Made by a program: the position numbers and the translations under genes | The notes under the pieces: generated by a model | What the model was told of the DNA's origin: nothing | Seen by the model: the letters and a program-made list of their open reading frames with translations, nothing else | Database searches by the model: none | Source: Candidatus Kryptoniota bacterium | GTDB taxonomy: Bacteria; Bacteroidota; Ignavibacteria; Kryptoniales; JAKASW01 | DNA: 64,000 nt | Assembly (NCBI GenBank): GCA_036567965.1 | Contig: DATCTN010000007.1 | Location: 49,009 to 113,008 of the forward strand | Reading direction: 5' to 3' | Shown: positions 57,187 to 64,000 of the stretch, in pieces | Position numbering within the stretch: the first letter of the stretch is position 1 | Layout: every line of letters starts with the position of its first letter

Positions 57187-58790
57187 TTCGCTCGAGACTG
57201 GATCAACGGAAGCTTAACTGTCATCTTTGTCCCTTTGCCTAATTCGCTCTGGATCTGAATTTCACCGCCATGATCATCGACAATCTTCTTAACGATTGAC
57301 ATCCCGAGACCGGTGCCGTGTTTTTTTCCGTAGGTTACGAACGGCTCGAAGATTCTTCTCCTTATTTCTTCGGGCATGCCGGTACCGGTATCTTCGAGCT
57401 CGATCATAAGAGACGTGCCGCTTTGCCTTGAGCGGACAAAAAATTTGCCGCCGTCGGGCATTGCATCCGCCGAATTACCGGCTATGTTCATTAACATCCG
57501 AGTAATCTTGTCGGCATCGATCTCGATTTCACTTTCAAATGAATTCTCGTTCAATAAACTTATGTTACGTTTTTCGAAATCTCGCTGAAGGAACACTAGC
57601 ACTTCCTGGAGAAAATCTCCATAAGCGACTTTCTGAAAATTCAGCTGGGAGACTCCCCGTGAGAAATCGAGTACCTCCTGCGCCATGTTCACGAGTCGGT
57701 CGATCTGTTTATCGATCTCGTCGACAAGGCCCGAAGCTTCCTCGTTCCCGGCTTTCTTCCTCAATACCTGGGCGTAGAGTCGGATTGTCGCCATCGGGTT
57801 CTTGATATCATGGATGATCGTCGCTGCCATCTGACCTACAGCCGAAAGCCGCTCGCTTTTCACCATCTCAGCTGCCAAACGAGAATTCTCAATGGCAATG
57901 GAGGCATTTATAGAAAATGCACGGAGAAAGGTTTCGTCTTCTGTATCGAACTTGCCGATTCGTTTATTTATTAATTGGAAAACTCCTATGATTTTATTGT
58001 CCCTGTTATTCATCGGCATACAAAGTATGTTCTTGGTTTTAAACCCGCTTTTCAGATCAAATTCGGGATTGAACCTCGGGTCATGATAAGCGTCCTCGAT
58101 ATTAACCGTCTCGCCAGTCTGGGCCACATATCCTGAGATGCCTTTGCCGATGGACTGCCTGATCTCATTCATCTCGTTTCCAACGAGTATCCTCGACCAG
58201 ATCTCGTGTGTGTTTTCATCTATGAGATAAATTGTCCCGCGCTCCGCGTCTGTTATACGCATGGCCTCGTTTAATATGAGCTCGAGGACACGAGTAATTT
58301 CCAGCGACGTGTTTACGGTTTGAGTGGCTTCAATTAGAGCGTGGAGGCGGCTGATTTCCTTGTCGGTCTTCTGTCCCTGTGTCTCCATCTGAGTTTTAAG
58401 CGCATCCGCGGAAGCCTGCAGTCGACTGTAAAGAGTTCTTGCAATGTTCCATGAAATGACAGGGAATTGCTTTATCAGATCAGGGAGTGTCTCCCGATTG
58501 ATCTTCAACAATATGGAATCGCGGGTAGTAACCACGGTAGCCGAATTTCTCACTCCATCCACCATTGCCATCTCGCCGAAGAAATCGCCAGCCGAAAGAG
58601 TCCCGAGTTTCTCCTGTCTGTCGCCGATACGCTTTCTGATTTCTATTTCGCCCGACTTGATTATATAAAGTGCCTGAACCGGTCCCTTCTCCTCCATGAT
58701 GATCGTGCCAGCCGCGGCCTTCTCCTTGTGAAGCGGTTTGCACGCCTCGGCAACGTCTCTTTCGCTCATTCCTTCGAATAATGAATACAT
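57183..58790 (-). CDS. Cytoplasmic sensor histidine kinase: cNMP-binding + GAF + HisKA + HATPase_c
   Basis: An N-terminal CAP-type cNMP domain (GDFFGEMAMV...ATVV), a GAF region (ERGTIYLIDENTHEIW...GISGYVAQTGE), the H-box ATIIHDIKNPMATI, and DTGTGMPEE / GTGLGMSIV. No TM segments seen. Confidence 0.85.
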   Translation of the reverse strand: MYSLFEGMSERDVAEACKPLHKEKAAAGTIIMEEKGPVQALYIIKSGEIEIRKRIGDRQEKLGTLSAGDFFGEMAMVDGVRNSATVVTTRDSILLKINRETLPDLIKQFPVISWNIARTLYSRLQASADALKTQMETQGQKTDKEISRLHALIEATQTVNTSLEITRVLELILNEAMRITDAERGTIYLIDENTHEIWSRILVGNEMNEIRQSIGKGISGYVAQTGETVNIEDAYHDPRFNPEFDLKSGFKTKNILCMPMNNRDNKIIGVFQLINKRIGKFDTEDETFLRAFSINASIAIENSRLAAEMVKSERLSAVGQMAATIIHDIKNPMATIRLYAQVLRKKAGNEEASGLVDEIDKQIDRLVNMAQEVLDFSRGVSQLNFQKVAYGDFLQEVLVFLQRDFEKRNISLLNENSFESEIEIDADKITRMLMNIAGNSADAMPDGGKFFVRSRQSGTSLMIELEDTGTGMPEEIRRRIFEPFVTYGKKHGTGLGMSIVKKIVDDHGGEIQIQSELGKGTKMTVKLPLIQSRAK

Positions 58791-58952
58791 ATCCTGTCTC
58801 TAGATTGGCCACGAAAGTTAATTTAAGCCCAACAACAATCGCAAGAACCGAGTGTTGTTCACGTCACAACTTTGACGAACTTGTTATCGCCCCGCGTCTC
58901 AATCTGGCTTGATTTTGAACTATCTGTAGGGCTATTTTAAATCATCAATCAA

Positions 58953-60968
58953 GTGTTCAAAATACCTAAGTCATTCCTGATTGTGCTCGTAGCGGCGTCC
59001 GCAACACTCTCTGGTTGCCTCGTATGGAATTCCGTGAAAGGCGGCTATCAGGACTTCACAGCGTACTTCAACACCTACTACAACGCGCAAGACGCGTTCG
59101 ATAAAGGTGTGAAGGACGTCCAGAGCGCGATGAAAGACAGAGAAATATCAATCATCTCCGGCTCTCAACCGACTCCATTCGTCATCAGCGGAACAGCGAA
59201 GCAAGATTTTGACGTTGCGATCGAGAAGGCCTCCAAGGTTCTCCAGTATTATCCTACTTCCGCTTACACTCAGGATTGTCTGTTCATGATTGGAATCAGT
59301 TACTACTACGAGGGAGATGACCTTAAAGGTGGGAGAAAGTTTATCGAGATCGAGTCAACTTTTCCTCACACGGACAGGTACGATGAAGCACTCCTTTATC
59401 AGGGTGGGATGCTCCTCAGCCAGCGGGATTACAACCGGGCGTTCGATACTCTGAGCAAAGCGCTGAATGTCTCGAGAGCAAACAGGAACTGGGAAATTGC
59501 CGCCAGGGCTTCGGAGACTCTCTCCGACTATTATCTTTCGCAGAACGATACGCTTAACGCCGCCGCATATCTCGACACAGCGTCCACACTCTCAAGCGGG
59601 GACAACGCGGCAATTTATGCGTGCGAGGCGGGCGACATGTTCAGTGACCTTCACCAATATAAGCGCGCCTACCTCACCTATGCGCTTGGTTTGAGCGTTG
59701 CACGCGATATCAAGCTCCGATTCTATTCCGCGTATTACGTGGCGTCCGTTCAAAGACTCCAGAAACGATATTACCAGGCGCTGAACACGCTCGCTGACAT
59801 TCGTGACGACGACAAATACTATTTATACTTTCCGCTGATCGACTACCAGACAGCGCAGGTTCTCTACGACTCAGGTGCCGTTTCGTCCGCCGTCTTGACA
59901 TTTACTCGAATCGATACTGAGTTCACATCGAGCGAGGCCGCTACCCGGGCGGCATTTGAGTTGGGAAATACTTATCTCTACCAGGTCGGAGATTTCACAA
60001 CGGCATTAAAATATTTTCAACGATGTGCCTCACATCCCCTGGTATATGGATTGTCTCAGAAAGCTCAGGCGCTTGCGGCACTCCTTCAGGAATACCTCAT
60101 GGATTCCTATAGGGTGGTGATCGCAGACAGTCTCTACGCCCATGCGATCGAGGCGGCTGACAAAGGCGATTCGGCGCTTGCAAAGAGCGCGGTTCCGATT
60201 GACACATTATTTGAGCGCACGGCCGATGCGCAACAAGGGCTCGCAGGTTTCTTCATGTTCAAATTGAAATTGCCCGATTCGGCCATAGTCCATTACAAGA
60301 TGATTGTCCGCCATTTCAAGAAATCCAGGGCATACCCGTCAGCGTTATACACACTTGGCGAGCACTACTTCTCGGAAGGGGACACAGCCGCTGCAAGGAC
60401 TTATCTTGGCCTCCTTCTTGCAGAAGACCCCGAGTCGGAATATGCCGCACCCACAAGCACCATGCTCGGTGTGAACTATGTTAAGGACACAGACTCCTCA
60501 CAGAGTAACTACGACTCTGCGATTGAGCTCGTTAACAAAGGGAGTTACCATTCGGCTATCAGGTTGTTGGATACGCTGGCATTGAGTTCTAAATCGCGAT
60601 TTGCTGCTCAATCGCTGTACGCTATCGGATGGATCTATGAGCACAAGCTCCAGGCATACGATTCAGCCGCGGTGTATTACAGGTTAGTTGTTCAGAAATA
60701 CCCGGCAAGCGATTTCAGCTCCGAAATTAGGCTCGCACTGAACGGTTTCGATCAGGCTCGGCGCGACAGCGCGGCGAGCCACGTAATTCCAAATGCCCCG
60801 GCGGTGCCGACTGAGCAGAAGCCGGCTGTAACGGACTCAAGCAATGCCGGTTTTCGGATGCTTCAAGAGCGCGATCGGATGCTTGACTCGTTGAAATCTG
60901 TCCGCAAAATGTCGGAGCGGCCCGGACTCGATAGTGCGGCGACTCGCCGCGAACGTATTATCAGGTAA
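58953..60968 (+). CDS. Tetratricopeptide-repeat lipoprotein
   Basis: Lipobox ATLSGC. There are many TPR-like A/Y-rich helical repeats such as YDEALLYQGGMLLSQRDYNRAFDTLSKAL. GTG start. Confidence 0.7.
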   Translation: MFKIPKSFLIVLVAASATLSGCLVWNSVKGGYQDFTAYFNTYYNAQDAFDKGVKDVQSAMKDREISIISGSQPTPFVISGTAKQDFDVAIEKASKVLQYYPTSAYTQDCLFMIGISYYYEGDDLKGGRKFIEIESTFPHTDRYDEALLYQGGMLLSQRDYNRAFDTLSKALNVSRANRNWEIAARASETLSDYYLSQNDTLNAAAYLDTASTLSSGDNAAIYACEAGDMFSDLHQYKRAYLTYALGLSVARDIKLRFYSAYYVASVQRLQKRYYQALNTLADIRDDDKYYLYFPLIDYQTAQVLYDSGAVSSAVLTFTRIDTEFTSSEAATRAAFELGNTYLYQVGDFTTALKYFQRCASHPLVYGLSQKAQALAALLQEYLMDSYRVVIADSLYAHAIEAADKGDSALAKSAVPIDTLFERTADAQQGLAGFFMFKLKLPDSAIVHYKMIVRHFKKSRAYPSALYTLGEHYFSEGDTAAARTYLGLLLAEDPESEYAAPTSTMLGVNYVKDTDSSQSNYDSAIELVNKGSYHSAIRLLDTLALSSKSRFAAQSLYAIGWIYEHKLQAYDSAAVYYRLVVQKYPASDFSSEIRLALNGFDQARRDSAASHVIPNAPAVPTEQKPAVTDSSNAGFRMLQERDRMLDSLKSVRKMSERPGLDSAATRRERIIR

Positions 60969-60992
60969 TCTTTCATCACGAACCGACTGCCC

Positions 60993-61769
60993 TTGCACTT
61001 CATCGAACAAGCCCGCGTGTTAGAAACGCGCCAGGTCGCGAAGGAAACTTTCATAACTAAATTCAGCTCCCCAACCATCGCGCGTGCGATGGCTCCAGGT
61101 CAATTCGTGATGGTGTCGTTCCCGGGATCGATGGACCCGCTATTGCCGAGAGCTTATTCGGTGTGTGATGCAGACGGCGAATGGCTTTCGCTCCTTTACT
61201 TCCGAGTCGGAAAAGGGACTACCCGGCTATCTCAGGTCCGGACCGGAGAAACAGTTACAATGAACGGACCCCTCGGAAGAGGCTTTCCACAATTCCGCCC
61301 CCGGGAAAATGTGTGGTGTCTCGTTGGCGGCTCCGGAGCGGCAGTCGCACCAATCCTAGATCGGGAAAGCCGGAAGGAAAAAGCTGCGCTGCGCCTCTTC
61401 TATGGAGCGAGGACGGCGGACCAGATTGTGGATTTCGGAATTGAAAGAACAGATTATTCGACTGACGACGGATCGAAGGGATATCATGGCACAGTTGTGG
61501 AAATGGTCAAGCACGAAGTTGCTGAGACTAAACCGGACAGAATATTGGCCTGCGGACCAATGGCGATGCTCAAGCAAGTATGCGACGAATTCATGGCTGT
61601 TGTACCGACATTCATTTCCGTGGAGACGCCGATGGCCTGTGGCAACGGTTTGTGCCAGGGATGTCCCGTGAAGATGGCGAACAGCAACGACTACATGCTT
61701 GCCTGCAAGGACGGACCGGTGTTTGAAGCAGCCAGTCTCGATCTCGGTCAGTGGGGTGTCAGCCGATGA
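60993..61769 (+). CDS. pyrK: Dihydroorotate dehydrogenase electron-transfer subunit
   Basis: PGQFVMV, RAYSV (FAD) and GGSGAAVAPI, plus the 2Fe-2S cluster CGNGLCQGC...C. TTG start; a later GTG is also possible. Confidence 0.85.
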   Translation: MHFIEQARVLETRQVAKETFITKFSSPTIARAMAPGQFVMVSFPGSMDPLLPRAYSVCDADGEWLSLLYFRVGKGTTRLSQVRTGETVTMNGPLGRGFPQFRPRENVWCLVGGSGAAVAPILDRESRKEKAALRLFYGARTADQIVDFGIERTDYSTDDGSKGYHGTVVEMVKHEVAETKPDRILACGPMAMLKQVCDEFMAVVPTFISVETPMACGNGLCQGCPVKMANSNDYMLACKDGPVFEAASLDLGQWGVSR

Positions 61770-62707
61770 CGCCCGACCTGAAAGTGAAAATCGGTAATCT
61801 AACTCTGAAAAATCCTATCATGACCGCGTCTGGTACGGCAGGATACGGTGATGACATGTCGGATTACTTCGACATCTCGACCATCGGGGCGATAGTGACG
61901 AAGTCGTTGACCCTCAAACCGAAAGTGGGAAATGAACCGCAGCGCATCGCCGAGGTGGCATGCGGAATGTTAAATTCGATCGGCTTGGCGAACATAGGCG
62001 TCCAGAGATTCATTTCAGACAGACTCCCGCATCTCCGGAGCTTCCATGGGGTTGTGATTGCGAATATTGCTGCGAAGAGAGTAGAGGATTATGTCTCACT
62101 TGCCGAAATTCTGGGGGAACAACAGGGCATCAGCGGTCTTGAAGTGAATCTCTCGTGTCCCAACGTGAAAGAAGGAGGACTCGAATTCGGAAGCGATTTA
62201 AAAACGCTCAGCAGAATCGTCAAGCTGGTCCGACGCGCGTTCAAAGACAGCTTGATTATCAAGCTGACGCCGAACGTGACCAGGATTAGCGAGTTCGCAA
62301 AGGCATCTGAGGCAGAGGGCGCTGATGCGGTGACCGTGGCGAACACTTACGTGGGTATGGCAGTCGATATTCGCACCCGCAAACCTAAACTCCACACGAT
62401 TACAGGCGGACTTTCGGGACCAGCGATCAAGCCGTTGACGCTTGCCAAAGTGTTTCAGGTCCGGAATGCGGTCGAAATCCCGATCGTCGCGAGCGGGGGG
62501 GTATTCACGTGGGAAGACATTATTGAATATCTGGTGGCCGGGGCCGCCGCCGTTGAAATCGGAACCGTCCTTTTCGCGAAACCAAACGCACCTGTAGATA
62601 TGTTAAGGAGAATTGAGGACTTCCTTTCAAATGAGAAAATCAAAAGCATTACCGAACTTATCGGAAGTCTGAACGTCAATCTTACTGACGCACCTCACAG
62701 CGGGTGA
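61766..62707 (+). CDS. pyrD: Dihydroorotate dehydrogenase (class 1B) catalytic subunit
   Basis: MTASGTAGYG, NLSCPNV, GGLSGPAIKP and ASGGV. Start trimmed to MTPDLKV, an ATGA overlap with pyrK. Confidence 0.92.
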   Translation: MTPDLKVKIGNLTLKNPIMTASGTAGYGDDMSDYFDISTIGAIVTKSLTLKPKVGNEPQRIAEVACGMLNSIGLANIGVQRFISDRLPHLRSFHGVVIANIAAKRVEDYVSLAEILGEQQGISGLEVNLSCPNVKEGGLEFGSDLKTLSRIVKLVRRAFKDSLIIKLTPNVTRISEFAKASEAEGADAVTVANTYVGMAVDIRTRKPKLHTITGGLSGPAIKPLTLAKVFQVRNAVEIPIVASGGVFTWEDIIEYLVAGAAAVEIGTVLFAKPNAPVDMLRRIEDFLSNEKIKSITELIGSLNVNLTDAPHSG

Positions 62708-62792
62708 GCTAGCACGAGTTTTAATAGTATCACGATGAAGTGGTAAATGGAAAATTCAAGGTCAGGGAAGCTACCTCAGGAGTGAAAAGTTC

Positions 62793-64000
62793 TTGCACGA
62801 CGCGGTAACCGCAACTGGTCCACTTTCGGAATCGATCGAGTTTCTCTTTAGTCTCGAGAAATTTGGAATGAAGATGGACCTGGATAACATCACCGCCTTG
62901 ATGGAATTCGCGGGAAGACCTGACCGCAAGCTGAAAGTCATCCATGTTGCCGGTACGAATGGCAAGGGTAGTACATGCGCGATGATTGCCAGTGTACTCA
63001 CTTCCTCGGGGTACAAAGTGGGCCTTTATACTTCGCCGCATATTGAACGGTTTACGGAACGGATCAGGATTGATGGCGTTGAAATATCGACGGAAGAAGT
63101 CGCGAGGTTGACGGAATATTTTAGACCGGAAGTCGAGAGATGCCGCGCGACTTTTTTCGAAGCTACAACGGCGATAATGTTCAAATATTTCAGCGATAGC
63201 AACGTTGACTACGCGGTAGTTGAGACAGGTTTGGGCGGACGTTTGGATTCAACCAACATTGTCGATCCGTTAATCTCCGTGGTCACCGGGATAGGATACG
63301 ACCACACAGAAATTCTCGGAAACACTCTCGAGCAGATCGCCGCCGAAAAAGCCGGCATAATAAAGAGTGGCCGGCCTGCAGTGGTGAATGCTCGCGATCC
63401 CTCATTAAAGTCGGTGTTCCGGGAAGCGGCCTCCCGCCGGGGAGCTCAGGTTGTTTTCGTCGATGAATCTGCTTCAGCTATAGAGATCAAAGAGGGAATT
63501 GGTTCGACCGTGATCGACGCCGAAGTCTCAGGCAGCGAGTACCGTCAGCTGGAGATCAACCTTGGTGGGAAGCATCAAGTGTCCAATGCTCTGACGGCTC
63601 TGTTGGCTCTGCGTGTCCTCGTTTCGGGCGGAATAGCAATAAAACCGGATGCATTGCGTCTCGGCTTGACGAACATCAGGGTAAATACCGGACACTCCGG
63701 AAGGCTCGATATACTTAAGCAACAACCGCTTGTCATCCTCGACGTCGCGCACAATCCTGCGGGAGTCGAAGCCCTTGTCGCGAGTCTGGGTCCCCTCCGA
63801 GGAAAGGCCGGAGTATTGCTCTACGGGGCCATGAGAGATAAGGACTCGCGATCGATGCTGAATATCTTGCGGAAAAGGTTCGATGTCGTTATCTTAACCC
63901 AGCTTCGAACAGACCGTTCCTTAACCGGGGCGGAGTTGAACCGGTTGTGCGGCGATATTAAATTAGATGCACAGGTATTCGGCAATTCCAACGAGGCTTT
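62793..64000 (+). CDS. folC: Folylpolyglutamate synthase / dihydrofolate synthase (3' partial, runs off window end)
   Basis: This frame is not in the ORF track and looks open to the window end where I checked it. It reads SIEFLFSLEKFG, VIHVAGTNGKGST (P-loop), ETGLGGRLDSTN and AAEKAGIIK. The start is uncertain: TTG 62793, GTG 62739 or ATG 62868. Confidence 0.85.
   Translation, partial: MHDAVTATGPLSESIEFLFSLEKFGMKMDLDNITALMEFAGRPDRKLKVIHVAGTNGKGSTCAMIASVLTSSGYKVGLYTSPHIERFTERIRIDGVEISTEEVARLTEYFRPEVERCRATFFEATTAIMFKYFSDSNVDYAVVETGLGGRLDSTNIVDPLISVVTGIGYDHTEILGNTLEQIAAEKAGIIKSGRPAVVNARDPSLKSVFREAASRRGAQVVFVDESASAIEIKEGIGSTVIDAEVSGSEYRQLEINLGGKHQVSNALTALLALRVLVSGGIAIKPDALRLGLTNIRVNTGHSGRLDILKQQPLVILDVAHNPAGVEALVASLGPLRGKAGVLLYGAMRDKDSRSMLNILRKRFDVVILTQLRTDRSLTGAELNRLCGDIKLDAQVFGNSNEA

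Overview
The window is a densely packed, mostly housekeeping chromosomal segment. I call 67 protein-coding genes (two of them cut by the window edges, one a low-confidence 24-aa sORF) and one RNase P RNA gene. I saw no rRNA, tRNA, CRISPR array, IS element or prophage. All calls come from reading the supplied six-frame translations and the raw sequence against family motifs I remember; no database search was run.

Gene content:
- Two GT9 heptosyltransferases, an MsbA-like exporter, Lgt and a PorV/PorQ-like outer-membrane barrel point to a diderm, possibly FCB-group (Ignavibacteriota/Bacteroidota-like) organism. This placement is low confidence.
- Shine-Dalgarno sites are common, and GC looks roughly balanced by eye.
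- Genes sit in very long co-directional arrays with many 1-10 nt stop/start overlaps (ATGA, TTGA, GTGA).

Recognisable blocks:
- LPS core genes
- buk-ptb
- a fabG-like/ADH/thrC/lysC/argC/argB array
- leuS
- pyrR-pyrB-pyrC behind a PyrR-binding leader, with pyrK-pyrD 25 kb further downstream
- nif3/Zn-ribbon/RNase HI/rnpB/recJ/yebC/ruvC/ruvA
- alr-manC-rlpA...trmH
- mnmA
- folC (3' partial)

Most interesting, in order:
1. A complete AmmeMemoRadiSam triad (radical SAM + AMMECR1 + Memo-like), a function-unknown system. Here it is translationally coupled to a DUF2520 Rossmann protein and flanked by tRNA-modification genes.
2. A translationally coupled operon of a cNMP-binding/GAF histidine kinase, a macro domain protein and a SAM methyltransferase, convergent with an orphan receiver.
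3. rnpB embedded in-line in an operon, with its P1 stem overlapping the RNase HI stop codon.
4. A self-contained promoter / 24-aa sORF / intrinsic-terminator unit immediately upstream of nif3.
5. A tyrosine-recombinase-like gene that appears to lack the catalytic Tyr and Arg-I and is ATGA-coupled to leuS.
6. A split, orphan AtuA homolog.
7. A two-state PyrR leader without a U-tract terminator.
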